Below, piece after piece: positions 38,740-52,544 of a stretch of DNA of 64,000 nucleotides. The stretch comes from Amoebophrya sp. A120. Taxonomy: Eukaryota > Protista > Dinoflagellata. The notes beneath the pieces were generated by a model that was not told the origin of the DNA, did not search any database, and worked only from the letters and a program-made list of their open reading frames with translations. Both the position numbers and the translations under genes were made by a program. The DNA is taken from assembly GCA_905178155.1 (NCBI GenBank), contig CAJINV010000013.1, positions 362,344-426,343 of the forward strand, written 5' to 3'. Position 1 is the stretch's first letter, and every line of letters starts with the position of its first letter.

Positions 38740-40551
38740 AGGATCCCTTGGTATGCTTTTCCTTGGCACCTCTTCCTCGGGTTCATCCTGGGCGGCATCA
38801 TTGTGGCCGTTGCCATCGCCAGCCTTATTGTTGGTACTTTAATGTTTTCGTTTTCTCAAGATATCAGACAGTAATGCATTCTGTTGTAGCCCTGATCCTG
38901 AATCGCATAACTACCGTGCGAGTTTTGGATTCGGATTGCGTCTTTATTCCGTGCATGGCAAAAAGCTGTGTTTTTCTTGCACTCGAGGCAACCAACTCCA
39001 GGTTACCGAATGACCATGCAGCTAGAAAAGGTGCGTCAGGCCGTCTTGGCGGAGGTATGAAACTGTGAAAAGTGATTTTTACAATGACAACTAGACCTAC
39101 TGGGTATGATTAACGACATGCTCCTACTTGATGTACTCTGTGCGTTTTGGTGCATTGCATAATCGTGAAGCCCGATTATTTGATATTCTGGTTTCGCAAG
39201 AACTGCTTGGTGCGTGCATGGAAATCGTGATTGGCATTTTTTGTTTTGAGTGTAGTGAGGGCTTTCTTCTTGCAGGACTTTTGCAGCATGACGAGTCGGA
39301 GACTGTGTCTGTGTCGTACCTGCACGGTTTTGATCTTTCGTGCACTTCTCGTACTCCGTTTTCCGGAAGTTCAATCATTGTAATCACTTACTTTCCACGC
39401 CATATCCGGGTACGGAGAAGTGGTCCGCCTATATTCCGCCATATCCAAATGAGAATGCATATGCACCCCACAACCTCCACCCAAGGGCTCTTAAGCACTT
39501 AAGTACTTACTCCAAGAAACAAGCTGGCAATGCTGGATTTTCTTTGGGGGAAAGTAGAGTTGAACATCTGGGCTCGCAACAGTACAACTTGTATGATGTT
39601 GACAACGGGTGCCTTGGCAGTGAACAATTGTCTGACGATTCATCATCTCTTTGCGTCGTCCTTCTCCTTGCAAGAGAGCATCGTTCTTTGTTCCGAAGTA
39701 CAGACACACAGTGAATTCGTTTTCGCATCGCTGCGCAATCGTAATCTTTCAACCGGGGCCTTGGGGTAAAGACTTATAACTTTTCCGCCTGATACGTGAG
39801 CTGGAATGACGAAGCAGCAGTTTGCCGACATGGCGCAGGCGCTGAAGCAGGTGCAATTTTTATCCTAGGTAAAAACGTCCCCACTGCCACTCCATAGTCA
39901 AGATGGGAGCTTTGCGAGACAAATCAACATCAAGCTTTTGCTGTTGCGCATGATAGGTTTGGCCTCGTAGTGCAGGCGCGTTTAGATAGTGCAGCAGCAT
40001 CACAAATCTCAAGACAGCGCGTGAGAATGCGTCTCATGGGTAAGCGTGCGGATTTGCATGACAAGCACGAGCAGCTCTAGGGTGGGGACATTATTTTTCC
40101 TCAGGATAATTTTCCGAGGAGGAGCTGAGGTTCATCATTTCGGCGTTCAGCTTATCGGGAGAAAAAATCCCCCCTCCCTATACCAAAAGGGCGGGACACT
40201 TCTGAAAATTTGTGATGCTGATCTGAGGCCAGAAAGTGTTGCAAGAAGGCCAGCCCAGAGACTTCGCCGCATTATGCAGCCGGTTTGTGATGCAGTTGGG
40301 GTCTACAGAGTACAAACCTACCGCGCTACAGGCCTACGTCAAAACCCTTCTACTTAGGCTTGGTATGGGCCTGCAGTCCTCTACTGCGAGACAGACCTGA
40401 TTCGCGTACGCAAATCCAGCATGAGAGACTTCCTTTTGATATGGGGAGGGGGGATTTTTCCTTTTGATACAGCTTCGAGTACCGTGCGGACGATGTGATC
40501 TCGAAGGAAGAATTTCTGGAGTGGTGCAACGGCCCACTCATGCTGTTGTGA
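38740..40551 (+). CDS. 3' part of a multi-exon protein with a TM segment and a C-terminal EF-hand-like motif
   Basis: PWHLFLGFILGGIIVAVAIA. After removing the 40153 element the C-terminus reads FSEEELRFIISAFS|FEYRADDVISKEEFLEWCNGPLMLL*. Confidence 0.55.
40153..40469 (+). mobile_element. TA-TIR introner, family A, 317 bp
   Basis: TATCGGGAGAAAAAATCCCCCCTCCC / GGGGAGGGGGGATTTTTCCTTTTGATA. Perfect TSD CAGCT. Colinear with 16659-16975. Confidence 0.93.
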
Positions 40552-41780
40552 GCGAAGCTGCTGTGAAGGAGATAGACAAGAACTGGGATTAGATGAACTT
40601 CCTCCGTTGTAGTGTGGGACGGGGCGTAGATTGTAATTCAATTGTAAATACAAACTAACAAGAAAGCTGCCCTGCAGCGGAATAAGCTACAAGGCGAAAA
40701 ATAATTACGTCTCCCCTACAAGTGCAACATCCTTGTTGTCAATTCATCAGTTACAACCACCCTGTTTCACAAAAAGAGGAGAAGCAATGACGTACTTGGA
40801 GAAATGCTACACTCGCAACCTGCAGTACCGAGTAAGTACACCCCATCGCATGGAGGATACTACTTCAGCAAACACAACAGTTTGTCAACGTTTTTCTCAA
40901 ACAGCCCTCTACAACCAGACACAACAACTTTACCAAAACTATACAAGATTCTCGCTTTTCTAGAAGAAATTTCATGGAAACAACTTTACCAAAGAAACTA
41001 TCAGACACAGGAAGGAAGGCAGCACTTGTTGCCGTTGACGAGAGGAAACTTTATCGAAACTATTCAAGTAGGTCAAAACTAGAGGTGGCAGGTCTCCTCA
41101 GGTCAGGCGGGTGGCACTACGACATTTCCACAGCGCAGGAAGTAAATATCAACACTAGGCAAGAGCTAAGCGCCCTGTAATTTGTTGGCGGGCCCGCATA
41201 GTGCAACACAGATTCAATATTCGATGTGAATCAAAGTTACCAGAGTCCTGGTGCCACAGGGGAGTCATCTTTCCACCACGCTGCAAATTACTTTAGAAAT
41301 GTACTGCCTAACCGCATGTTGAAGAAGAAAGCTTTTGGTGCGATGTGATGTAACAAGCCACCTCTATGAAAGAAAAAAGACTGAAAATAATGTTAGAAGG
41401 AACGCCGTCGCAGATTTTTTCGATTCAATCCAGAAGATGTTTGTTGTGCGCAGAAGGAGCTACCATTCACAGAAGAGGAAAATTTGGCTTCCGAAGCGTC
41501 AATTGATTACATCAGCTCCGTGAAAATACAACAGTACTCGTCTATTTTCGTGGAAAGTCGTCGAGATCAACAATCTAAGCAAGACAAGTTCATCAGAATA
41601 TCAGCTGCAGGCTCCGCGGAGATGATCCAGCGAAGGCATCTTCTACATGACCAAAGGAGAGCTGTAAGTAAGTGCTTAGAAGGGTGGTCGTGAAAAAACT
41701 TTCTGTACCGTTTGGGTCGCGCTGTACTTAGATATCTATTTGTCAAAGTGAAATTCCGAGGTAGCATCTAGCAGATAGTC

Positions 41781-44700
41781 GTGTGCTTGTTGCGTTTCTT
41801 TCACCTCGGTCGCGCGGCAGGTTGTTGTCCTTGTGCGGTGCAACAAGCTGTTTTGTTGTTTTGCGCGCCGACGTTGCTCGGATTGGACTTCGAGGGTAGC
41901 TTGAGCAACGGAGGAGCCGCAGCTACCTCTTCGCAGAATGGTAAACCCAACATTTCACTGCTGCAAGAGGACGAGGTACCGGGGGTCCCTGCCTACGGCG
42001 ATGCCGGTCCGAGCTCCACGTCGCGAGAGCTAGCCGGTACCAGTAGTCGAGAAGATCGCGATCTTGTTGTCAATGTGCCTGCGACGACAGTAGAGGTCGA
42101 CGAGCGCGTCATCCTTAGCCGAGACGCCGAGTTCGACTTCTCTCCTCCGATCGATGAAGCAGACGCGGAGGAAGATGAAAGCGCCATGGCTGCGGCTGCC
42201 TCGGCGGCCCCTGGGGGTGGACGAGAGAAAACCGAAAGCAGTGAGCAATCTCCTTCGTCCTTCGCCAATAGAGCGACCGGCGGAGCGCTTGCCACTGCAA
42301 ATTTTGTTCCACCCGATGGCGATCGTCCGCCGGAGAGCAACGCCAGCAGTACCGAAGCCGTCGAAGAAGAGAACGATGTGGGCGGGGCTGAAGTTGAGCG
42401 CCACTTGTTTTCATCTACTTCGCCAGAGGGAGCGAAGACCCCGTCGGACACCGACCCTGCCCTCGAGTCGATGAAACGAGAGTTGCGGGCTTCCATGCTG
42501 CAAGACTTGAAGCGCGAACTGAAAGAGGAGGTGAGGAAGGAAATGGCCGGGAATGATCTGCTTTACCGGGCGGAGATTGAGAGGCTTTCTCGGGAGAGTG
42601 CAGCGCTTGCCCGGGAGAATGCAGCGCTGAAAGCGAGAGCGGAGTCTTTTGAGGAGGAGACCTGGCGGGCGTTCCAGCGGGTTCGCTGGGGCGGGGCCGC
42701 AGTGTATCACATGCTTCGATTTCTTCTGTGGGTTTTCATCGGCACGGCGCGGAGCAACCAGCAGATCACCTTTGTACTGCTCGCGTTCGGATACGTATTC
42801 GTCTTGATGGGTACTGCCGCGCCGTGGTACTTGGTAATGTTCGCTAGTGTAGAAACGCGCCGTCGCTACTTTTCGAGAAGCTCAGCAACTGACCGGAGCC
42901 GCGGACGAATTGCCGATTACCCGGCGGGGGACCACCTGCGGGCCGGGACAGAAGCGACGTTACAGTCGCAGGGAGTCGAAGGTGCGTCGTTGCTTGCGAT
43001 TGGCAATGAAGTCGCCGATGGTGGTGCGGGAGACGCTATAAGCCAGGGGCGTGCGCAGGAAGATCCTGTAGCCAAGAGTGCCGAAGTATCCGGTGCCGAA
43101 ACGTCCCCACCCCAGAGTTGTCATGCAAAATGACACCGCTAAAAATGTTTCTCATGCGCAACCCCATGACGAACCATCGCCAATGCTCTCTGGTGTTTTT
43201 TCATGCTGGAAACAGGATATCATGGTTGATTTGTAGGGGATGCGATTGCACTACGAGCTCAAACTTGTCTTGCGCAACAGGCAAAAGTTGCAACGCAAAG
43301 CCGCCATATTGACTCTGGGTTGAGGACGTTTTTGCAAATAATACGACTCCGAAGTCGGCGACAAGGCGGACGAGGAGGAGGATTCAGACGACCCGCTTCC
43401 AAATGATTTCGCGCAGGCAGGGACTCTCTCCTGCGTGTGTCAGCGGGGCGATTCCGCGGAGGGGCTAATCTTTACGGTCTGTGTGGTGCTGTACATGATG
43501 AGCTCCTTACTTGCGGTGCCTTCATTCGAGGCCTACCCGGCCTGGTGCAAGTGGCGAGACGTGGATGTGCTGCTGCAGGGCAACCCGGGGCTCCCGCGCA
43601 TGCAAAACTGGAAGGAAGTGTCCGCTCGGGCGGTCTGGCACGTGTTTCCGATTTTCTGCTTCGTGCTCGTGGCCACTTTGCCTTCGACCACCGATGAGGC
43701 CGCAAAAAGCAGGGTTGCACGCGGAATGCTTCTCACCTTTCTGCATGGAGTAGGCGCATTTCTGGGCGCGCTGACGCTCCTGATCTTCGAATCGGTACAA
43801 ATCTTCTGGGGCGAAAGCGTGCCGCTCAGTTACTTGTTCGTGATTTTTAATTCGCGGACACCTACCAACTTCAACTTCTGGTCCACTAATGCGCAAGATT
43901 CGTCCTCGTTCGGCGGTCCGGATTTGAGGGAGCCCTACGTGTGGCACGGCGGCTGCATCGACTACGAAGCGGAGCCCATCCCCTGAAATCGGTGGGCTTA
44001 TGTGCGTCTCGTGATTCTTGTCCTCGCGTGGCTGCTGGGGTTTCTCTTCTTGTCTTGTATGTTTCTGCTTGCTGTCGTGGATGCACCAGGTGCACCATCC
44101 AGGGATGTTGCCCGGCGTTTGTCTTTCCCGACACTGAAGGTGCGGCTGCGGACAAAAAAACGGATGGCCCGGACGGCTTTCACCTTCGAAGTCTTTTTCA
44201 TGTAGTGTTTGTTTGCCCTGCCGCTGCTCAGCGCTTACTCTCGCCTCTATGATTTGCCTTCCGGAGGTATTCTGCGAGCTAGCAACGACTCTTGCACGAG
44301 TTGGGTCGATGAGTTTCTTGCCCCCGTCACTGCCCATCGTTTGCTGGATTTTTTGCCCCCGGAAAAGCTGTACCTTCGCGGGGAGACGCGGGAAGAGCGA
44401 GAAAAAATGATCTTATTTTCGCACTTGGACTTTGCCGCCTGGCCCGCCGTCGCGTTCGAAGCAGTAACTGCGAACTCGAGCGCATCTATTCGCACTTTCA
44501 CGTACCAGGACTTGGCTGCGCAGCTAAAATTGAATCCGCACAATGCAAAACTGTTGCGGCAGGCGTTTCTTCCCTCGACACGGCCCCGGCCCCGCAAACT
44601 CGCCACCCTTTCCAACTTTGTCGACCGTGGAGTTGAAAGTGTGAGCCATCGCGGCGGCGAATTCGCAGAGAAGATGGCCCACTCCGCAAAATTGGAAGAG

Positions 44701-44865
44701 ATTAGGCGCAGGAATAGCAGCACTGGAAGATATCTGGATACCAACCTGGACGAGGTCCGTTTTCACGGCAGGCGAGGTTTCCGGATGGTGAACAACTCGG
44801 CGTGGAACACGACTCGTGCGACGGATGCCGCACCGCCTGCACCCACGTCTGGACGGGAGTCTTGA
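41781..44865 (+). CDS. Multi-pass membrane protein with an N-terminal low-complexity/coiled-coil region, ~3 exons
   Basis: ORFs 41781, 43435 and 44209 are colinear and carry several TM helices. TLS..EGLIF and HGVGAFL loosely resemble Frag1/DRAM/Sfk1 proteins (weak). Confidence 0.6.
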
Positions 44866-46536
44866 GTTGTTACAGTCATACTTTATGATTCTGTATGTAA
44901 GTCTGCCTTAGTTACAGTACAACCACACTCTGAGGGCAAAGTCCCCATGTGTAGAAATTTTTGCTTGTTTGCACAGCACACACGAAGCCCGACGTAAACG
45001 GAAAGAAACAACTGGAAGAACGGAGAAGAAAAGTCGAAGCTCTCAAATAAAGAAAGAGTAGCACTGCTCCCCTGAGTGTTACGCAGAGAGCACCCGCTCC
45101 AGAGGACCGGTCTCAATTTGCTGCGGACCATCTGCAGATCAGATTGGCCCACCGCATCTAGACGCTAGCGCGCAGAAGTCTGCAAGAAGTGGGTTGCGCC
45201 GTCTCCGGTGAGCGCCGCCTGGTCTCGCCAGAAGAATCCTAGCAGAGAAAGGCTCCAGCGCGCCGTATTCAGACGCTTGGCGCGTGCTCTGCCTTGGCAA
45301 GCTCGCCGGGGTGTACTCGCCTTCCGCTGGAACTTCATCCAATGAACAGGCGCGCGGGGCATCCTGCAGTAGCAGGCGCAGCGTTTCCTCGTAAAGGTTC
45401 CAGTAGCCCTCAAACGTGGACACTGCGTGGATCCAGCAGGGGTCCAGGGGTCGGGGCTTTAGTGCTCTGGGCCGTTTTCGTGATTCTTAGCGCAATCCCC
45501 GACCGCTTGGCCAAACAGTTCATGGGACTCGGTCCCGTCTCCAATGCGTGCACGGGTCTGCGCGACTTGCACATCTTCCAGCCTCCGAACCTGAAGCGGC
45601 GCGTCTCTTCGGAGCGTGCACATCTTCCAGCGTCCGTTCCTGAAGCGGCTCAGCGATCTGCTGAGTTAGGGCGTTCCACACGTGAATGTCGAAAACGCCT
45701 GGGCTTGTCATTCAGCGGTGTTGCCCCTATGTCGTCAGGGCCGCAGATTGCTACAGCGCGTCGGAGGGGAGAGTAGTGCGGAGCCCCGCTCGAAATCATC
45801 ACGATCGTTATCGATGTAAATAGATCACGACTGATCTACTGACTCAGTTCGGATCTTCTGGTGTGTCGAAAGTCCGTGCTGGATTGTGGATCTTCCTCTT
45901 CTGGGAACGCTCTTGGGCCAAGCAATAGTGACTTCTGTATCTTGTAAATTGTCTGCGAAAAAATGAGCGAAACACGGCCCGGGATCTTCAGGTGCCTTGT
46001 CGTCCTGGTCAAATGCTTGGCTCGCCTCCCTAGAGCTCGAATCGTCGTCGTTTTGAAAATCTCATCGTGGGTGGGAGTTCATTTGTGTCTCGCTACCGAA
46101 CTAATTGAAGAAAAAGCTACTTCGCCAAGAGCTACCTCATCAATCGTTTCGTCATTCGCTCTCTCCTGCGTGCTCCGTCGAAAAAATTTCGGCTGTATTT
46201 CTTTGAGCCAAAGTTTGAGATTAGTCAAAATTTCTGCCGGATGAAGATATTGATATCGCGTCGAAGATTAGAAGTACTACGGGTGCAACAGAAGTACGGC
46301 ACCAGTCAAGTGTTTTTTCTTGAAATAAGTTTCAAAATCCACATACAACGTGCACGCAAGTCGAGGTTGGTGGTTCTTGCTTTGCTGCCGCTCTTGTTCA
46401 TTTTCAGGATGCAGAAAGAACACACCCCCGGCAGGACAAAAATTTGAACTTCTACCTGCATCGATCGGAACTACAGCTGGCGGAGGCAGAAAAAAGCGGA
46501 TGGCACGGCGGTACACCAGCACCTTGAGAAGTCACC

Positions 46537-49500
46537 ATGACTTTGGACGACGCTCTGGGACGAAAATTTGAGTTGAGCCGCGCCCCCGTAAAGTCCCCGA
46601 CACTGCAGTTTTCTACGAAGCTTTCTTACGCAGAATTAGGAAGCTCGGACGCCACCACCTCCTCCTCCAGTGCTGCCTCGTCTTCCGCAGAAAGCCTTGC
46701 TGCTGCTCCACGCCAGCCTGACCACACCGGTGGCCTGTCATCGGTGTTTCAGACAAGAAAGGCCCTGTCAGATGAGCCGGCGGAAATAAAGGAAGACGAC
46801 GCCGACGGTGGGTTTGTGGATATAGTTGAAAAAGAGCAGCAAAAGCAAATTACGACCGAAGACCTTCCACCGGCCCCAGCAGAGGCGAACGAACAAAAAG
46901 TCAAAGAGACGGACCACAACGGCGCGCAGGACGGAGTGGAAGCATTTCAGCTTTCAAAAATAAAGGCGGACGAAGTAGCAGTACAACAGAACGGCGATCA
47001 TCCTGGTGAGCCACCTCGTGATAATTCCCCCCGGTCCTCGTTTTGGTTTTCTTCTGCGGAAATAAAAGGAGAGGAACTGCCGGTGCTGGAACAAACGAGC
47101 GAAGATCTGAAACTCGACGCGGAGCCAAGGACGCCACTTGTGCAGCTTCCGGAAGGCGAAACCTCGGAATCGGAGGCACAGAGGTGTAATATTAACTCGC
47201 AGAATCCACTCTTCGTCGCGTCCGCAGCGGCGGACGGGTGCACCGCCGAAGCGCCGTTGCCGGAAGGAATAAAAGCGGTTGAGCCAGGTACTACGACGGG
47301 AAAAAGAAGTAGAGTCCTTGCCACTACGGCCTCGCAGCTCATAACGTCCAGGGCACTCGTTCTCTCTTCGTCGTCGACTGGGATCAGAGCAGGGACCATA
47401 TCTCTCAACGCAGATGCACTAGAGCCTGCCACGCGTCACGGAACTAGCGCGCAAGATCTCGTCCTCTTAGAGCAGCCAACCAAACAAGAGCAGGCTTGTT
47501 CTGTAAGTGGGGAGGAGGAAGAGACCATGACACTGCGTACGGAGACGCAAGAGGCCTCTGCTGCGGACGAACAGGCTCGTATCGTACAGAAAAATGCATA
47601 CACATGGCAAAAAGATGCATGATGCGTGTTCTCTAGTCCTGTGTACTACTGACATGCACGGTGGCACCACCGTGTCCAAAAGAGCGACCTTTTTCCGCCC
47701 AATACCTAAGGTCTACTAGAAGTAGTTCTGCCAGACGGCATTTTTGTTTGAGGATTGTGATGTGCGATCATGACAAAATGAGGATAAAAGTGATTTTTTT
47801 TAATATGGGAGCATTTTGCGGTGCGATATTTGTCCAACAAGAGGATGTGTACGATGATGACTTCGTCAACGGAGGAGAAGAGGACGAGGAGGAAGCGTTT
47901 GAGTTCGAGCCCCCAAATGCGGAAGGGGACCACGAAAAAGCGGACCAGGAACTTGTAGAGCCTTCAGCGCCTGACGTCGTGCTGCCGGCCACGCAGCATC
48001 AGGACCCCGCCGACCTTTCCGACGTGGCTGACCAGTTTGTGAAGAACTGCCGGACGCAGGTGGAAAAATCGCAAAATTTGTCTCCGCGGCACTGCGCCTC
48101 CCGGGTGCACGTGCCGATCCGCACTCGGCTGCTGGACGGTCTGCAGACCGTGGAGCGCAGTACCGCCCGTCCCGGGACCGCCACGGGCTACTTGCTGAAA
48201 AGCCGCAACGCAAACCTTCATCGGACAGCCGCAGTGCGCACCGCAGCGAGCGCGAGTGCCAGCTCTCGCCCACGAACAGCGCCCGGGCTGCTCAGCGTCG
48301 CGCACAGAAGAAGGAGTGGGGCGGACGAGGGAATGCGCACGGCCGTTCCGCTGATTCACTGGGAGAACTTGTTTCAAGAACGATACGCCGTTATAAATGA
48401 AACGGACAAAGAAAACCAACATCAAATTGTTTCGCAGGAGTCAACACGGCAAGCTGAAGATAGTAGCTCTGGTACCCTAAGACGAACAAGAACTGCAGGC
48501 CCAGGAAGTACAGCCATACCGGATGTAGATGACACAGCGCATCCCGGTGCGACGCACCATCATGGAGAGTACGTCGGTGCAGTTTTTCCAGCAGAAGACC
48601 CGGTCGGCGACGCGCTGCCCGCACGAGGAGATGACCTTGCCTGTCGACCGACACACCATTCCCGCTTCCACGCGATTCGGCAAAATCAACACTCGTTGCT
48701 GCAGTCGTTGGAGAAAGAGCGGAAACAGGGTCACACGGCGCTGCTGTCGATGCGGCTGCTAGTGGAAGACCGCGAGCGAAACAAGGAGAAGACGGGGTAC
48801 ACGAAGCAGGGGCTCCCAGACCCGGATGACTTCTATCAGAATCAAAAATTCCCCTTCCCCATATCAAAACGAAGTTTCTGATGCTGGATTTGCGTACACA
48901 AATCAGATTTGTCTTGCTGGCGAGGACTGCAGGCCCATATCAAGCCTGAGAAGACAGGTTTTGCCCGAGGCGCTTAGCATGACAGACGTCTCTGCTGCAG
49001 GAACATGAGCATGACAAACCGCCCGTAGAGTGCGGCGGTTGTCTTTGGGGTTGCCTTCTTGCAAGACAGAGACGATTTGCGGTTACAAATCAGCAGCGCA
49101 AATTTCGAAAACGTACCTTGCAAATATAGGGAGGGGGGATTTTTCCTTGTGATAACTTCACCCTGTCTTCCTTGTTGAAGCGGCGCGCAAACGAGCGGGA
49201 GTTGGAGCGGAAGCGGAAACAGAAGCTTGCGACCTCGCTGCAGACGAAAATCGGGAAAAGATTTGTCAATGCGACCAAGGAACAGGAGGAATTCTTCGCC
49301 GGAAAAATCAAGATCGCCGACATGGATCAACACGACTTACGAAAAATTCACGACCGTACTACCGATTCATAGATTGGTCAATTGCTTCGCCTTAGAAAGA
49401 CGTATTTTCAAAAATGTGCTGGCTTCTTTTTTTTTTTCTTGCGTAATGCGTGTTTTTTTTTCCTTGCGTATGACGTAATAATCAAACCAAAATTTTAGCA

Positions 49501-50408
49501 CACTCCTCTATCATCTCCAGGTATGCACGAATCCTGGCAGGGCAACAAGGTCGTAGAAACCAACATTGACCGAGAGTCAAATACGGGATAGAAAAACATT
49601 CAGATCTCTTCATTTGAACAAGATATTCCCAGACCCTGTGGCACTTGTGTGTGTTACAGACGGCGCAGCTCGAGCTCTCGCCTGGACTTACAAAGAGCGT
49701 CTTTTCGATGTCAGCAGAAGCAGTATACGATACCGCAAATTTGTCTGATGTAAAAATAGACTCGGAGTAAACTGATTTGCCTGAAATTGTGGGGGCGAAG
49801 GCCGCCTTCATGCTGTTGCTCCTGCATACGTCTGTGCAAGAAGAGACGGCAACTTTTGATGACAGTGACTATTGATTGAAGAGATCCAAGAATTAACCCT
49901 ATTTCCTTGCATATGAAAGAAGGAGGTGCGGGAGGTGCAAGATACCGTACGAAAGCAGAGAAACATCTGGAAAATGGAATCCCAGTACGGGTTGCGTAAT
50001 GACCAGTCGGACGCGCAGCTCATGTTTCCGATCAGTGAAAGGGAAAAGTCTTTCGTCGCAAACAAAAACCGAAAGTGGTTGTCAAAATCGAAGAAGTCCC
50101 TGCGGCAGCTGCAGCGAAAGATGTTTGACTCCGCGCGGGAGACCGCGAGTTCCATTGCGGTTGCGGATACCGCCACGATGGTGATGAAACCGGGGGACCA
50201 TCACGGTGCCAGTGGGGCGGACAGTAGTAACGCGAACAGCGTGCTCGCAATGAAGATGCAGTTTCTGAACGCGCATGAGACCGAGGGGCAGAGCGCCAAG
50301 CGATATCGGAAGAAGCGAGGGGACGCGACGGAGGAGCAGAAACAGATCTTGCGGGCCTTCGTGCAAGAATTTTTCCACGAAAAGCGAAAATTGGAGAAAG
50401 CGGTGTGA
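46537..50408 (+). CDS. Large low-complexity/coiled-coil hypothetical protein, ~5 exons
   Basis: ORFs 46537, 47661 and 49172, and ORFs 49566 and 49926, join in frame by the element+5 rule (254, 326 and 195 nt removed). The 49172-49566 junction is not resolved. Confidence 0.7.
47580..47828. mobile_element. TA-TIR introner-like intron
   Basis: TATCGTACAGAAAAATGC / GCATTTTGCGGTGCGATA. The TSD has decayed but removing 254 nt restores the frame. Confidence 0.75.
48834..49154 (-). mobile_element. TA-TIR introner, family A, inverted orientation, 321 bp
   Basis: Its left arm is the reverse complement of the right arm of 40153-40469. Perfect TSD ACTTC. Removal gives PDPDDF|TLSSLLKRR. Confidence 0.93.
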
Positions 50409-52544
50409 TAGTGTGCCCTTTTATGGATCAGAGTAGGTGCAGATGCATTCCGAGCTGCAGAAGCTTCAGTCTTCGAGTGGAGGATTGTTATACATGTACC
50501 TCTTGGTACGAGCACTTTTCCTTTTGTACTAGTTCAGTTGCGTTCACTTCATGTGCCTTCCTCGGTCGAACAACTTTTGTACAACCAGTACACTAACACC
50601 CCAGCTGCTATAGCGTGAGCTGCCATAATATCACTAGCATCGATTTGAACTTCCACGAAGTAGTAACTCTCCATCCTCCATCAACCACAGGGCGCGAAGA
50701 TGGAACTAGGGAAGTAGAGCCGTGAAGGTGAGCGAAACGCTACTTGTTGAACAAACTCCGTGAAGAACTTGAAATTTTGTACCGACGTTGTTTGAAAATG
50801 AAAAATCTTTTCGTGCCTCCTTCCATGCTGCCCGACAAGAATGGTACCGGACTTCTCAGCTGAGTACCGAAGGAAAACTTTCTCCCTGGTAGCATGAAGA
50901 TCTTTGATCGAACATCTAGGCTATTATCGATGAGACGGTCGTGGTACTCTCATCTGCAGTTCTGTGGTGCATGTGCAAGTGTATCGCGATCCAATCTGAT
51001 CTTGCTCGACTGAAGCAGATGTGACACAGAAGTTCAGATGGGAACTCAAGATCAAGAATCTTTAGTTCACTACTGGCGCCGGCGCTAGCTGCCCGCTTGT
51101 AGCTGGTAGTTTCAAGAAACAGCTCGCAGAGCAAGATCGTGATTTGTCTTGAATGCAGTTTCGCAAGAAGTAGATGGTTGATCTTGAGACTGCGTATACG
51201 TTAGTGGATCTTCTAGAAAGCGATGCTGTGTCGATGTGATCAGCGGGTCTGCAGTGGGGTTGATATGCCGCGATCGAGAGATGATCTCACTTAGTTTCTT
51301 CTGGTGAGGGCCAAGCGTATGTGGATCTTCAATGTGGTATTTAAAGCAGTAGCTTCATATATAGTACCTCATCCTGTACTAGCATCCTGCGTCACATAGG
51401 ACAGAGATGCTTTACAAGAAGCCGCAGGCACTTATGTACCAATCTGCAGCATGCGTGCATTCCTTTCCCGGCAGGCGACAGCGACATCTATTCAGTGAAT
51501 AGAAGCGACTTTTTGACTAGCGAAAATTGTTTTCCAATTTCGTCACAAGATAGCAACGAAACGAAAAAACAATCTTGATTCATTGCTTGCTCGACTAACT
51601 ACTTCACTTTTGAGAAATTATAGTTGCTGAAGAAAAAATAGCCACGCTCGGCTAAAAGGAACATCAACGAAGAGTTGTTACTCCATAGTACCACGTTTGG
51701 CGTTGCAGGAGGTTTTTTGGTGGCACTCGATATTTCCGAGGCGAATACAGTACGTTTGAAGTAAAGCAAAAGCCCTTTTTTGCTCGTAGCTCTTCCGTTT
51801 TTGGTAACAAAAGTGTACGTGACATGAAGTAGCGGCCTAAGCGAGTTCGTCGCCAGCAGCGAGCAAGAGTATTTGAAAAGAACTTTCACCGCAAAGCTTA
51901 GCCACTTTTTTGCAGCGTTCCAGTACTTCTAGGTGGCTTTTTTGGAGGTGGCAATCAGGATTATTTTTTACCAACGACTCGTGATGGGAATAGAATTTCA
52001 GTATTGGGAAGCAGCCGAATAGCTATTGTTCTTCCTGTCAAGAAAAGTAAAGTACCTGTTGCAGAGAAAAAGCTCAGGAACTAAAAACAGCAGTACCATG
52101 AAGATGTGCCAGTAGTTATCGCAAAAGTAATTGAAGTTTTTTACTGCTGCTCAAGAACCAAAGCAGCAAGAAGTGATTGATACAGGAAGAATAAAATATA
52201 TAGAGTTCAAAGACACTAACCTAATACAGCGAAAAAAAAAAGAATACGAAGGTTCTTTGACAGCACTGAAGCAAGTGTGGAGCAAAGAACGAAGCATCCC
52301 TCTAATAAACGTTTGGATGTAAAAATAATGATACTACCGTTGTACAATTTCAACTAGAACGTCAATTATCTTCACAGCGACGGGTCGTCCAAGCGAAAAA
52401 GCAGAAAACTGGTATAACAAACTAAGTAGATACAGGCGGTGGTTCATTTTTAGAGCCGCTATCGCCTTTTTCCAGTCGAAGAAGGCAACTATAGCAACAG
52501 CGGGGCCGCGGCGGGGAATCATACGCAAGATACCGATCGATAGA

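Noticed and set aside
40334-49008. Similar short peptides at 40334-40537(-) and 48826-49008(+) as a small gene family
   Set aside because: They are translations of the same non-coding introner arm.
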